Shown here in pieces: positions 1-12,660 of a DNA stretch of 54,829 nucleotides. Under the pieces are notes generated by a model that saw only the letters and a program-made list of their open reading frames with translations, was not told where the DNA came from and searched no databases. The stretch spans positions 44,162 to 98,990 of the forward strand of contig PDIP01000058.1 of the NCBI GenBank assembly GCA_002811645.1. The letters are read 5' to 3'. A program made the position numbers and the translations under genes. This stretch comes from Corallochytrium limacisporum Hawaii. Its lineage: Eukaryota; Protista; Pluriformea. Within the stretch, counting starts at the first letter, position 1. Every line of letters starts with the position of its first letter.

Positions 1-2485
1 CGGGAGTTGAAATATCTGGCATGGTTGCCGACCAACTTGTCCCGAGTCGAGTACAACAAACGAATCAAATATTGCAGCAAGTTTAACATCTTCATTGCCA
101 TGATCAAACTCCACGTCTTCAAAACAGTCCCATTTCATTGGTGATTTAGCTGCGGATCGTCTTATATACGTTGCATTTGCCTCAGACTTGGGTCAGAGAG
201 GGTTTCGGGGTCGCTGAGTTCGAATTTGAACTCGGTTGGCGCGAATTTCTCCCTCCCTCCTTATTCCGGTTGATTAAATGTGATTTGGAGCAATATTTCG
301 ACGCAGAGGATAGTACTTTAAAGGATAAGAACTTCCCTCTGGACCTAGGAAGCCTTGTTTTCTTCCGTGGGCACGAGTGTACATAGTAGAGTAGTATCAC
401 AGGTCTAGACTCAATACCCGGGGCTGGATTTGCACCTAAGAAAAACTGCGTTCGGGTGTGGCAAATCCTTGGTGTGGACGGACTTTGCCAAAAGGCCGGA
501 GATGTGACGGAAACAGCTGTCTTACACGTGCCGAATGTAACTAAAGGGAATAAGTCTGTTCAAAGACCGTTCTATGGGCCCTTTGTAGAGTTCAATCGCA
601 CGCAAAAGTCTGTTCCTTCACGGTCAGCTTGTAAGAATAAGGGAAAATGTGTTTCCAGGCTAGGCAACAAACCATCCACAGATAAACATCGAAGTTGGAT
701 GCATGGCTTATCTTCATGATTTCTTTACGAATGTTACAGTGTACCTTATCCGCAACTCGAACAGTGTGGTGACTATAGGCACCTTACAGTTCGAAGACCT
801 TGTACAAAAAATGTTCGGAGCTTCTCCTGGACCACGAAAGGCGGCTGACTTTACCTTGTGTCTGTCGTGTCAATCCGTCAGTTCACAAATAAGCAAAGTC
901 TGGACTCGTTTGCAGGTAACATAACGATTGGTCAGACTTAGATTGTTTGTCCTTTCCTTCCGCTTTCCCTTGCGCGTATTACACACACAGAACGCTACTA
1001 TCAGTGCTGTGCTCTTCGCCAAACACGCGATAAAGTGAGGACATTACATGTGCACTGTCATCGCGTCAGCCGAAGATCTCATCAGAGGCCATCGCATATT
1101 CACTAGCTAGGATTCCTGAAGAATTGATAAACATGCCATCGTGCCCATTGAGAGAATAGACTGTATGTTGTACCAGATGTAACGTTCAGAATGTGGCGCG
1201 GAACACCACGCCGACGACAAGGGAGGCCAAACTGTGCATCCGGCCCAAGACCTTCCATCGACTGGAGCGCAACATGACCTCCAAAAGGCAAGCATGATAA
1301 GGTTGTCCCCCGAGATGAAACCACAAAATGAGTCCACGGCACTTGTTCCGTCACTTTGAAACCGAAGCCAACTAGTTCTGCTCTTAGGTTTTCAGCCATG
1401 AAGTCAGGATTATGTAATCTTATCTTCCTCTGAATCATTCTAAACCATGTTGAGGTATTCTGTAACGCAGATCATTGGCAACTTAGTCTGTTTACAAGTG
1501 CTTAATAGATCCCGTCAGGCCATCTTCGAACATGGTTCATTCATGTTAGAAGTACCCGAAAAGGAAACTTAGGCTCGTTGGCTCGGACTTGATGCTAAGA
1601 GTCCTGAAAGATGTTTGCCATAAACGGCCTACTCAAAACATTGCTTTACAGCCCTGCAATGGGTCCCTCAAGGTCCTCAGCCAGTCGTGAATGTTCGGAT
1701 TCAGCATGGCCCTTCTATGCTTTTATCTCACCTAATCAATATCAAGATGGTGGGTTCGCCTATTGATGAATCAAACTGTGCATGTCGAGGAATGCCATGG
1801 ACACGTCCTTAGCATGCCACGCAAGCTTCTCTAAATACACAAAAGAAAGCTGCACATGGATACTACTGTGCCAATGTGTGTCGCTGACAAGGCCACCCGC
1901 AGCTGTCTGATGGCTGAGTGTTCCGTAGGATACCCTGATCTGTTTCTTCAGACTTCCGGGTTGCACAAAGTCCGCTGCAACATGTGTTTGCTCTTCACAT
2001 TCGAATGTTGGTCATTGTGGCCATGGCAGAAACCATCCCATGGTGACCTGCGCAGCCGTCACCTTCCAGCGTGTTGCCACTGCCCTTTCCCCCTCCCCAG
2101 GGGGTGGGGGGTGGTTGATACAGCCCATTTACTCGATCTGAGTCACCAATGGCGAAAGGACAAAGAGGTGCATTGCACTATGTTCCGTGTCGGGACAAAT
2201 CTCAGCAAAGCTGTGGACCAAACACTGGGTTCTAGACCAGCCCATGGACAAACATCAGAAAGGACAAACAAGGCAATGACCATAGTCACAGGGGCCTCGT
2301 AATACCTCGTGTACACGGCGACTTTGCCCTTCGACAAGGATCACACCCTGTTCGGGTATTTATATCGCCCGATTGGTAGATCCCGAATGTTCACAGAAGT
2401 TTCATTCAAGTGCATGCAGCCGAGCACATCAAGTTCATAAAATTTACTCTGTAGAGATCATCGCCCGCTTGCAAGTTCCATAATC

Positions 2486-4249
2486 ATGAAGTTCTTTGCT
2501 TTCGACACCAACACGTATCTGCTGACCCTGCTGGGTGTGATTATTCCCATTGCCAATGGCCACCCGCTGCCAGCGCGTAGCACTCCCTACTCGTGCTGGT
2601 ACAGTAACTGCGGGGACGCGTGTTCAGGTAATTTCTATTCCACTAACTCCACTGGATGGGATGGTAACTTGCTACCCAATAAGGATCAAGACCACGCTCG
2701 ATTTGGTCGTCTTGTGATCGAAGATATGGCCAAAGATGTTGCCGCAATGGGCAGCGGATATGAGGACTATATCGGACCCAAGTTGGGTGAATTTACTGTT
2801 GTGAAAGACGGCATCATGGATCCTTGGGATACCATGATCTACAAGCTTAATGCCGTGGCCAGTCCAGCCCTGCTTGCCCCATTCCATGTTCAACGCACGC
2901 CCGAGAATGCCGCGGACTGGGACGACTGGTGGGAAAGCTTACAGGATATGTTCCCGAAAGGACTCACTGATGACGACGGGAATGACATGAAGGGTCTTTG
3001 TGTAAACGGATCCACCGAAAAGAGTTTCATTCCTCGCTATGTGTCATTCCCGACGTACCATGCACGATATCACAGACTCGGCAGGGGAAATGAGTATGGC
3101 TTCCAGGAACCCGAGGAGCTCATGTCTCGAGTCTGGGACGCCAAGGCCAAGGAACTTCAAGGCGCACCACGCGAACTGGTCATGGTAAATGGCATGTACG
3201 CTGGATGCCAGAAGGGTTCGTTGGAGTACGAGGAGACCATTACCGATTCTCTTACTACCTCCTCTTCACGCGAGTTTGGCTCCAGTATCAGCCGATCCAG
3301 TAGCGTTGAGCTCAGTGCCTCAGTATCCTACGAATTCGACACATGCTTCGGCCTAGGTCTGGTTCCCTCCTTTGAGACTAAAATTCAAACAAGTTTGACC
3401 TCCGGACTGGAAAGTTCGTCTTCCCAGGCCTTTGGTACTGAGGAAACGTACTCAGAGTCAGAGGAAATTGGGCTGGATTTCGGTCCCGTGGCGCCACAGC
3501 TGCCTCCCCGTTCCGTCACCAACATCACCATGTACGCTGACCAAATAGTCGCAGACATGATCTATACTGGCGACGCCGTCTTTGATGAGGATTACACTGG
3601 TCTGCAGTTCTATATTGACGGCTATGGTGAACAGAGTGTGACGCTGGATTCCAATGACGAAAAAGAGGTTGTGGCGGCAATTAACGCTGGACTACTGACT
3701 ACTCCTGCCAAGGTCAAGGAAACCCTAAGGAAGGCTTCCCGCGCCATGGGTGCCGGCTGGTCGGAAACGTTCATCTCTGGTATGGTGTCTGCTTCCGGTT
3801 CCGCGAAGCTGAGCACTACTGTGGGTGACAGTGTCATGATGAAGATCCACCAATGTAATCTGGATGCCCTGGAAGCAAATGGCTACGTTGTTGACGGGCG
3901 CCCTAGATGTGACTTTGAACTGTCGAGAACTTATCCTGTGAACTATGATTGTGATGGTAACCCAACTGTAACTGAGACCGAGACAGAGACCGAGACAGAG
4001 ACCGAGACAGAGACCGAGACCGAGACCGAGACCAACACCGAGACCGAGACCGAGACCGAGACCGAAACCGAGACCGAAACCGAGACCGAAACCGAGACTC
4101 AGACCCATACTGAAACAGAGACAGAGACCCACACCGAGTCTCCGAAGCCGCCGAAGGATGACCGGCCGAAATGCTTTAAGCATCTCGCAGCCTGCTACAT
4201 TTTCAAGAAGGTCGCCCCGGACTCATGGTACGTTCAACAGCATTGCTAA
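2486..4249 (+). CDS. Secreted aerolysin/ETX-MTX2-like beta-pore-forming protein with Thr-Glu repeat linker and short Cys-containing C-terminal peptide (587 aa)
   Basis: N-terminal hydrophobic signal (YLLTLLGVIIPIANG). Ser/Thr-rich strands flank an alternating amphipathic hairpin (YEETITDSLTTSSSREFGSSISRSSSVELSASVSYEF-DTCFGLGLVP-SFETKIQTSLTSGLESSSSQAFGTEETYSESEEI). This is followed by LPPRSVTNITMYA..YTG, matching the aerolysin-family 'vPP.s...v.......y.g' strand, and a closing ISGMVSASGSAKLSTTV strand. Confidence 0.75.
   Translation: MKFFAFDTNTYLLTLLGVIIPIANGHPLPARSTPYSCWYSNCGDACSGNFYSTNSTGWDGNLLPNKDQDHARFGRLVIEDMAKDVAAMGSGYEDYIGPKLGEFTVVKDGIMDPWDTMIYKLNAVASPALLAPFHVQRTPENAADWDDWWESLQDMFPKGLTDDDGNDMKGLCVNGSTEKSFIPRYVSFPTYHARYHRLGRGNEYGFQEPEELMSRVWDAKAKELQGAPRELVMVNGMYAGCQKGSLEYEETITDSLTTSSSREFGSSISRSSSVELSASVSYEFDTCFGLGLVPSFETKIQTSLTSGLESSSSQAFGTEETYSESEEIGLDFGPVAPQLPPRSVTNITMYADQIVADMIYTGDAVFDEDYTGLQFYIDGYGEQSVTLDSNDEKEVVAAINAGLLTTPAKVKETLRKASRAMGAGWSETFISGMVSASGSAKLSTTVGDSVMMKIHQCNLDALEANGYVVDGRPRCDFELSRTYPVNYDCDGNPTVTETETETETETETETETETETNTETETETETETETETETETETQTHTETETETHTESPKPPKDDRPKCFKHLAACYIFKKVAPDSWYVQQHC
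3971..4138 (+). repeat. Coding hexanucleotide tandem repeat (ACC/ACA-GAG)n encoding a (Thr-Glu)n tract
   Basis: gagacc/gagaca units are directly visible and translate to TETETE... with a few N/Q/H variants. Confidence 0.95.
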
Positions 4250-4813
4250 AGTTTCTAAATGAATCCACTCGGGCAATGTATTAACCCCCTAGTCACATAG
4301 ACTGCAAACCACATAAGCTATAGAAATAAATCACAATTCCGAAGACCCTGGTCAGTGCCAACTCAGGAGGGCTCCCACACGTTCATTGCGGTAAATGCCG
4401 ACGGATATGAAGTACACATGGACGTGACTTCCCTTGCTCAAGCCATTGGACCCGATCCCGGCTCTCAGTCACAAGGTAGCAATACCGTGTTTCCGCGCAT
4501 GGCGTGGCGAAAGACACACGTCCATCCGGGAGCAGCGCAGCCACGTCTCGGGTAACGTTTGGGCAGAAACAAATCTGAACCGCGTTTATGTCGCGACCGC
4601 TGCCGTTGCGATGCAACAGACCCACCCCCCCCCTCCTTTTTTCCGGACGCGTGTTTGAAGACAGCGGGAAGGGGGGGGGGGAAAAGGGCCAGGAAACCAG
4701 TGACCTTAAATTAATGGTGCTGCTGTAAGTATTGATCGTCGGAGACGGGTCGAAAATAGACTCCCTTTTCACAATCGCCTTCCGCGAAAATCCTCGGGCC
4801 GATTGCCGCGGGG

Positions 4814-4958
4814 NNNNNNNNNNNNNNNNNNNNNNNNNNNNNNNNNNNNNNNNNNNNNNNNNNNNNNNNNNNNNNNNNNNNNNNNNNNNNNNNNNNNNNN
4901 NNNNNNNNNNNNNNNNNNNNNNNNNNNNNNNNNNNNNNNNNNNNNNNNNNNNNNNNNN
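4814..4958. other. Assembly gap (N run)
   Basis: Run of N flanked by poly-G. Confidence 0.99.
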
Positions 4959-5265
4959 GGGGGGGGGGAACGCAAGGGAACAGTCGGACAAGAGTGGGCA
5001 CGCTGCCGGCGGGGTTCCATTTGCGTGACCGGCGAGGGGGTGCTTGATGGTGTAAGGCGATTAGCAATACTTATCGTACTACCGAAGAAGGGTTTCGTAA
5101 TATGTGGCTCATGTTTGTGTTTACTGGCAGCAAGTGTCTACTAAGCCAAAGAGATTCAGCGAGATGAAAGGAACTTTCAAACTATCAACTAACGGTTTAG
5201 AATGAATGACTTTAGAGCGAGTTCCATTGGTTTTGCGCAGGTTCATGTTTGACCATTTAACGCAT

Positions 5266-7095
5266 TCATTGCGTAGCTGGCGACAGCAACCCCGGAGCAC
5301 CATGATGATGAGGACATGGCATTGTCATCGCTCTCAGAGCAACGGGGGAAGAGGGCTTCCATGGCTCCAGCTCAAGGTTTGTCTGGGGGAAGTCTGCGTA
5401 CACTTGTACATATTCTAACGAAGGCAATGATTCGTGATGCATTTTCGTAGGCAGAGAATGCATTTCTAGTTCCTCTGCATGGTTATCTTCACTAAGACCG
5501 TCACTGAATTCCTCGCGACCATGCGTGTCTTCGTTCGAATTGGTAGGTTGCAGACAAAGGTGCCGCTCAGAGACCGGGTTTGGATGGCCTGCAGGATCAC
5601 CCATGGAATAATCCACGTTGTAATGAATTTCTGTAGGAGATCGAGGCTGTACCCAAGATATCTTAGGCCAAAGGTAAGCCAGTAGCATCAGGAGGGCGCA
5701 CACATTCATCATGGCGCCCGACACGTAGAACGCCAGGCCTGGATTGGAGGAGAGAATAGCACCGACGCTCACTGGCCCGACCAATTCACCAATCCCGCGA
5801 CCAGCTCCGCTCAGACCAGTGATGCGTGCGGGATCGTAGCTCGGAAACCAATCGTGGACCACGGCGCTCTGCATGAAAAATATACCAGCAAAGGCGCCAA
5901 AGACAATGTTGATGATAATCAAAGAGGCACCGGTGTGGCATTGCGGATAGACATACAAAGCCAAAGCAGCTGAGACTAGGGAAAATATGAAGACACCTGG
6001 ACGACTGGTCCGGTCTCCGATCCATCCAAGCAGTGGCTTGGATGCAGCACTAGAGAAGGACACAAGACCAGACGCAAAGGCGGCCACAGTTGAATTAATG
6101 CCGTAGATCTCTGCCCAGGTTACTGTAAAGAAAAAGGGCGCAGCGTAGCTGTAGGCAAAAAAGACATTGTGCAGGAAGAGCAGGGTGAAGCGCGGCTCAC
6201 GGAAAAGGTGCAGGTCGAGAGTGGTCTGTTTGCGCTTCTTGGGGCGCAGGTCCTCCACCAGCACTAGGGCTACGGCAAGAAGAATGACCACACCGATGAC
6301 GCTGCCCCGCATAGTTGCTCGCCACCCGACTCGCTTAATCATCAGGCTTGCGGTGGGTGCGTAAATGAAACCACCGATACCCAAGCCCGCCATGGCCCAT
6401 CCGAGCGCATACGCTTTCTTACGACGGTACCAGTCGATCACCAGTCCCACGGTCGGATACATGATCAGCGACATGCCTACCCCGACCAAGACACCGTACG
6501 TAATGTACAGTTCCCAAACAACCGTGACCCAAGTACTGGAGAACATGCCAACCACGGCCAGTAGCCCCCCGATCGCAATGATCCGGCGTGTACCCCAGCG
6601 ACTGCTGAAACTTCCGGCCCAAGGCGCGGCACCGGCTCTGAGAGCGAGGGCCAGGGCACCCGGCCAGGCCACTAAAGATACACCCTCGTTTAAGTCCTCT
6701 GAAATGCGTGGAATGTACACACCCCAGCTCTGAGACAAGACACCGATGACCATGAATGTGAGGAATCCAGCCACTACCTGCTTGATGCCTGCCTTGGTGT
6801 CAACTAAGTCGTCGCGGTTTGCGTGCGCGCTGTCAAAACCGTTGACATCTGCGCCATTGCGATTTGACGGAGTAGCATCTAATGTGTAAGCGTTCCGTTC
6901 TCCAATGATTTCACCACTGATTCGCTTTTGCCAGGCCCTGTTTTTGATGCCAATGTTAGTGGATTCTGTAATTGAGGACCGCTGGGTCGCGATTATGTGA
7001 GGAATATGATCCGGTGGTGTGGGTGCTGTGACCATGACATGGTTATCGCCACGGCTGCAGGCGGCTACTTTTCCATTTGCGTATGTTGTACTCAT
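5266..7095 (-). CDS. MFS transporter, monocarboxylate porter (SLC16/MCT-like) type (609 aa)
   Basis: About 12 hydrophobic segments in two halves. MFS motif-A-like loops (GSFSSRWGTRR; GWIGDRTSR) and MCT-like segments (WELYITYGVLVGVGMSL, DWYRRKKAYALG, GWRATMR, LDLHLFREPRF). Confidence 0.9.
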   Translation of the reverse strand: MSTTYANGKVAACSRGDNHVMVTAPTPPDHIPHIIATQRSSITESTNIGIKNRAWQKRISGEIIGERNAYTLDATPSNRNGADVNGFDSAHANRDDLVDTKAGIKQVVAGFLTFMVIGVLSQSWGVYIPRISEDLNEGVSLVAWPGALALALRAGAAPWAGSFSSRWGTRRIIAIGGLLAVVGMFSSTWVTVVWELYITYGVLVGVGMSLIMYPTVGLVIDWYRRKKAYALGWAMAGLGIGGFIYAPTASLMIKRVGWRATMRGSVIGVVILLAVALVLVEDLRPKKRKQTTLDLHLFREPRFTLLFLHNVFFAYSYAAPFFFTVTWAEIYGINSTVAAFASGLVSFSSAASKPLLGWIGDRTSRPGVFIFSLVSAALALYVYPQCHTGASLIIINIVFGAFAGIFFMQSAVVHDWFPSYDPARITGLSGAGRGIGELVGPVSVGAILSSNPGLAFYVSGAMMNVCALLMLLAYLWPKISWVQPRSPTEIHYNVDYSMGDPAGHPNPVSERHLCLQPTNSNEDTHGREEFSDGLSEDNHAEELEMHSLPTKMHHESLPSLEYVQVYADFPQTNLELEPWKPSSPVALRAMTMPCPHHHGAPGLLSPATQ

Positions 7096-10000
7096 GATGA
7101 AACGTGCTATTACATGGTATTTGATAATGTTGGATATTGACCCAATGTGTTCGTGGTGTTGTCCGGGATCGGATCAGATGATCCTCTCTGACATTATTCT
7201 AGTACCTTTCCTAGGGACTTTAATCATATACCCATCCAGTCATTGGCTCGCCGTCAGCAGCTACCTGTTATAGCCCAGAAATCACAATTGCAGCTCAGTA
7301 GAAAGAGGTCAAGGTGAAGTAGGCCGACACCAGAACAAGAATCGTCGCCAAAGTACCCCCCATAGCCCGATGCCCCCTTTGGGTCCTCGCTCAATGGTGA
7401 AGGCAGAGGGAAGGGGGGAAGGGGGGAAAAGCGAGAGAGGGCGCAAAGACCGACTGTGCACGGCGGGGGTGGAGGAAGACTCGCAGACTGCGGTTCAAAA
7501 GGGCACAGGTGACGGGCTGTCCTCCACACTCCCTATCGAAACTCACGCCTGGACGAAGAGGCGGCTGACTGGTTGGTGCCGTTCTGGTATCTTTGTGACC
7601 CCGGGGCTCTTGACTTCGTAATGATCTTGTAGCACATCCTTATGGATGTCTTTCAGACTGAACTGAGGCTCAGTGCTCGATCCTTGATCCATGAATTAAT
7701 ACCAAGTCGGAACGCCAAAGAAACTCAAAGGTCACCGGGGTGCCCATCACCCGACACTCCAAGAAAGCCTTTCTAGATAGGTATCGCTTAAGTCTGTGCC
7801 ACCCTGCTCAGCAACCATTTCCTACATACGTATTGTCTTTGATACTTTTCTTTAAAGATGCACTGTCAACTGTGTCACGCTACACCGAGGAACTTTGGCA
7901 CCCATCCATGACATGCTTCTTAGTCACTTGGCACATCCAAGAACAGGTTCATTCCAATGAAAAGGGGCCAGCATATTCTGTAGAGAGGCACCGTCGATCG
8001 AGACAGTCACCATGATGAATAATAATTCTTTTCCACATCACACATGCTTCGGGTCAGGCAAGTTGACGTTGCATCCTACAAGTGCTGCGATGGTCATCAA
8101 ACGAAAACTTTTCGCGGGTCACCGGACCTACAGCCGTTTGGGCCGCTGGGCCCGAGGAAAGGGGGTGCGCGGGCGGGTTTTTCCCGGGGCTTGCTGAACA
8201 GTTCATACGGGAGGAAGAATTTTTTGCATACGAAATATACACCGTTTTTACCCTTTCTTTTGGTTTCTTGGGAAGGTTGCTTTCTGGGCCAGATGCTTTT
8301 TACCGGAACCCAACCCAACCCCCGACCTCCCGCGCCTGGACTCCCGACATTCGTCCGGGAGGAGGGCTGAGAAAAACTCTGGCCTCTGTTTTCCACCGAA
8401 CCAAGGGCCCCCGAGGGGAGAGAAGAAGGGGGGGGTCCCTGACGGGCCCAAATCCTGCCTTACCGCAGTAAAGAAGACGGTCGGCATGCAATTGGGGCGG
8501 CTCCTTGATGGCAGTGTTGGGATTGCATTCCGTCGCGCAGATTTCTTCCGGGTAGGTCTGGTCCGTTTGGCAAGGGTTCTGCCATGGCTAATATTCTGAT
8601 GATGCGCACTGCAAACCGTACAAGGCCCAACGGAGCCTGTCCTGGGCTGCGCCTAGGGCAGTTCTCCGGACAATGGCTAAACCTCGTTGACCATCTTCCA
8701 TGGTGATCCTGATCATAAATCCGAGCGATCCAATTCGCCATCACCGTCTGTTAACATTTGGATAGCGCTCTGCACCACCGCACTGTGTTTGCACAAGTTC
8801 ACCTCCCATGCTTTCAATACGTACGGTGCATGCGAAAGCGCTACACAAATTTTGACCCTTTATTCACATCTAGTGCGGTCTTGTGCACTATTCTCTGAGG
8901 GCTCGGAACTACTCAGTCTGTGGAGCCCGGGTTGTTTTGTCAAGCTCGACTCTGTGATTGTTTATGGGATCAAGTCTGAAATCGGTACTTGATCAGTATA
9001 GAAAGAAGGTGCTCAGCCAGATTCGGAACACTCACCGTGTACATTACCTAGCCTTTTGGCGATGATGCTCTCCTTGTTCAGAATATACCCGAGGATGCAT
9101 TCCAAAAAAAGAGAAGAGCTGACATACAACATACTGCCGTGCATAGTATGAAACTGCGGGCGCGGACCCTGCTCGCAGTATCCCCGTCAACCGCCTCCAT
9201 CGGATACGCCACAGAGAATTCAAGAGCCAGCCAGACATCCGCAAACAGGGCGCTACATACTAAGCTTATGTACATCACTCAACTCTTAGTCACGGGCGCC
9301 CCCAGTGATGGGTTACACAGAAGCTCCGCGATGCGCGATAGTACAAGAATTTATGCGTGGGCTGGCAAAAGCAGCGGGTCCCACACTGCAACCCAAGGAT
9401 GGGAGGCCCTCAGTGCGTTTGGGTGCTCACTCCGTGGTTTTGTCAGTTGTCAAACTACGAGCCTAATTGGTCCATACACAGCGACACTCCCCCTTTCCAC
9501 CGGCCAACACAAAGCCAGGAGAGAGAGGGAGGGGACAGAGAGAGAGAGAAAAAAATTGTTCGTGAAATTATTCGGTAGTGACACAGAGGAGTTGGCCCGA
9601 TAGTGAAAGCCGGAAGCAGATTTGGCTCGATAGTGAAGCAACAGCTCCAGGCGGTGTGTCGTGATGGAGCCCGGTGAACGGGAAAGAAAAAGTGGGCAGT
9701 TTGCCGCGACGGTACACAAACACCCAAGGAATCAAGCTATTTGTTACACACACACACAGACACACACACACCAACCGCAGGGTCAGTACACACACCACCA
9801 AGGAGATAGATGAGTGCTTCAATAGACCTTGATGAAAACTTGGCATGTGACGTGCTCGTATGAATGCGTTGTTTGATATCGCGGATGGTTACACCTCGTG
9901 ACGAAAAGGATGGACAGGAAAAGGACTTGGGGACCCCCCTCCCCTCCTTGGTGGGCGGAGGTTTGGTCGGCCTTAGTTTGTACTTAGGAATTTACTACCG

Positions 10001-10520
10001 ATAGTATTTGGTTCACGAATACCCTCGAAATCTCTCCCTCCAAAATGTTAATTATTTTTTCTTCTTTCGCCAGTCTTGGGCACTGCTATCGATTAGTAAA
10101 TTCGCGCTCGCGGGTAGTGGTCAGGACCTTCCGTTGGCTCTTGTATTACGATATTTCCTGGGGTATGCAATACTGCGCTTGCATATATGACCGTCCACAT
10201 GTATCCGCTTTGCGCATCCTCAATCGTCGTTTCGCCCACTCCTCCAAAACACACACCAGCGGGTGTATTTTTGATCAGTCCATGGCGGTCTATTTTTACA
10301 CTCTCATCTTCTCATCTCTCCTGAATCTCTCTTGCCCGTTTCCCATTTCGCTCTCGCGCCGCTTGCTCGCTCCTTGCTTTCTATCCCTCCTCCATTATTT
10401 TAACCCTGGTCCGCTGGCCCCGCAAGGATCCCCCTCCTCTCCTTCTCCCCGCATGCCTCTGCCTGCCTGCCTTGCCTGTCCCGTCCGTCGTGCGCCTACT
10501 CTCTCTTCCCCCCCCCCCCC

Positions 10521-10570
10521 NNNNNNNNNNNNNNNNNNNNNNNNNNNNNNNNNNNNNNNNNNNNNNNNNN
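10521..10570. other. Assembly gap (N run)
   Basis: 50 N following poly-C. Confidence 0.99.
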
Positions 10571-12660
10571 CCAACTTTTCTTTCTTCGTCCAAAGCTGAC
10601 AGCGAAAGGGAAAACAAGAAAAAGTTTCCTGTTATGGTGATCGTCGCTCTTCATCCGGGGTTCGGCCGGCTTTTCTTCATCGGACCCTGGTGGCCCTCCC
10701 CCCCTTCTCCCTTTTTTTTGTTTTACTGACATAGAAAAGAGAGTGGACAGTGGTTAAAAAAGAATGGTGAAAAAAAAGACCAGAAATAGAAAACCCAAAA
10801 AATATGTTTAAAAAAAAAACAAAAACAAAACTGATATTCCCGAACCCTCCCGTCCAGGGGCCTGTTCACGACAACAACCACGGGTGATGACGTGCTACGA
10901 CCCGGGCCACAACAGGAGCCAAAGGGGAGAAGCAGGGAGGGAGGGAGAGGAAAGAGAAGAGAAGGAGAAGAGAGGGAGAAGAGAAGGAGAAGAGAAAGGG
11001 GGGAGGGGGGGAAGGGAGGCGGGGAGGCGGGGAGGCGACGTGGACCTAGCACACCACACAGACACAAAAGCCAAACCAAAAAAAAAAATAGAAAACCACA
11101 AAACCTTGACCTTCGAAAAGGCAGGGACAGTGATAGAGGGCTCGGGCCCCATAATCTGTCCAATACCGTTTGTATGCTTTTAGTACTGCAGTCAAAAGAC
11201 CGTATAATCCCCGGACGGCACCTTCGCGGTATCCAAGGCCTTTAGAAAGCCCGCGGAGGTGTACTAAGTTCCGAGCCAGGACGAAAGGGTACATTGCGTT
11301 TTTGTCTCGCTCGCTGTTCTTCTTTCTCTCTCGTTCTCCGCCTTTTGTCCGGTATTCTCGCTAGGGTGTGTTGTGTAATGCGTTTCCTCCCGCTTTCCTC
11401 CGGCAGTCACGGCAGGACGGCCAAGTAGGTACCAACGAAGGGATGGGAGAGCGAATCACACGAGGGGGGGGCCTCCCCTAAGAGAAACATGCGTTTGGGC
11501 GAAAAACTGACGTTGGGTTGCCCGTACCTCAACATGCACAAAACATATAAGGTAAGGGGTTTATAGCGATGGGCCCGCTTTATACATACATTTATAGATA
11601 CACATACACACACACACCCAGTCCAAGCGGGCGGGTGTGTGTATGTATGTGTGTGTGTGCTGTGCTGGTGTGTGTGTGTGTGTGTGATGTGTCCCCCGAA
11701 GGCCGGATGGACGGCAAAACGCTTCCTCACGCGTCCGTTCCGGACTGGCCTGGTACTATGGGAGTGGGGCGCGTTGCGTGTGTGTCGCGTGTGCGTGTCA
11801 GGAAGGTGTGTGTTTTTTGGTTGGGAGGGGTAGTAAGGAGGCAAAAATAGGGAGAGGGGGAAAACAGCAACAAAGAAAAACGGGCGGGGTGGTGCGTGTA
11901 GTGCCCGGGAATTGAGGGGAAACGATGGGAAGAAATCGAGCGGGACCGGTGGGGCCCGGTGGGTGGAGAGACGAGGAGAGGGAGGGGGGGGGAAGGAGAA
12001 ACAGAAGAAAAAGAAAAATAGAGAGAGAGCGAGAAGAGTGAGTGAGTGAGTAAGTCTCTCCCTCGCCAAGGAGAGACCAAGGCGGATCTTTTGGACCCAA
12101 AAAAAAACCGTTTGTGTGTTGGAGGGGGGGGGGAAGGGCGCCCCGGGGAGGGGGCATTTTTATTGGGTGCTTCCACGCCCAGATTGCCCTCTATTCTTAG
12201 AAGTGAAGAGCTGACCTATCGCACGTAAGCCACACATTGTCCGAAAGTGGATGCAGCCCGTGGTCGGGGAAGGGGGAGAAAGGGGGGGATCCACCGTTGG
12301 CCGATGTCCGTTCGCGATTGGACAGATCTGGGTCCGTTTCTTCATATGTTACGTGTTGTTTAGCTTGCTCATTGTATTGTTCAGTTTGTGTTGATATGAT
12401 GTGAACGTGGAAATAGGAAAGATAAGAAATGCAAGCTCAGAGCAATTCGAGGTACTGAAACAGGTATAAGGGCGATGCAGATCCACTTGCAGGTGGCACA
12501 AGATATGCTGACCATTCCATCTTATGACCTTTTATTTTACAACATCGCAATTATTCTGACGTAACTAGTTTTCCTATTTCCAAACACATGCATGCACCAT
12601 TCTAAAGGACACTTAATTTCGTTTAGCCAAAAAACCACTCGCACACACACACACACGACC

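Noticed and set aside
1-400. Short minus-strand open frame running off the left edge (MKWDCFEDVEFDHGNEDVKLAAIF...) and small ORFs at 171-400
   Set aside because: Too short, interrupted by stops upstream and with no recognisable motif. It may be part of a gene outside the window but cannot be supported.
456-2340. Several 60-150-aa ORFs upstream of the aerolysin-like gene
   Set aside because: No domain signatures and no consistent coding-like composition.
8090-8470. GC-rich, homopolymer-rich stretch resembling a non-autonomous transposon
   Set aside because: No terminal inverted repeats, target-site duplication or second copy found in the window.
10381-12345. Many overlapping ORFs of 60-220 aa
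   Set aside because: They arise from poly-purine/pyrimidine, (GT)n and homopolymer runs next to an assembly gap, probably low-quality or low-complexity sequence.
12429-12626. Possible short upstream exon (MQAQSNS) spliced in frame to the amino-acid transporter
   Set aside because: The donor is weak and the joined sequence would run through a (CA)n microsatellite, so it is more likely 5' UTR.
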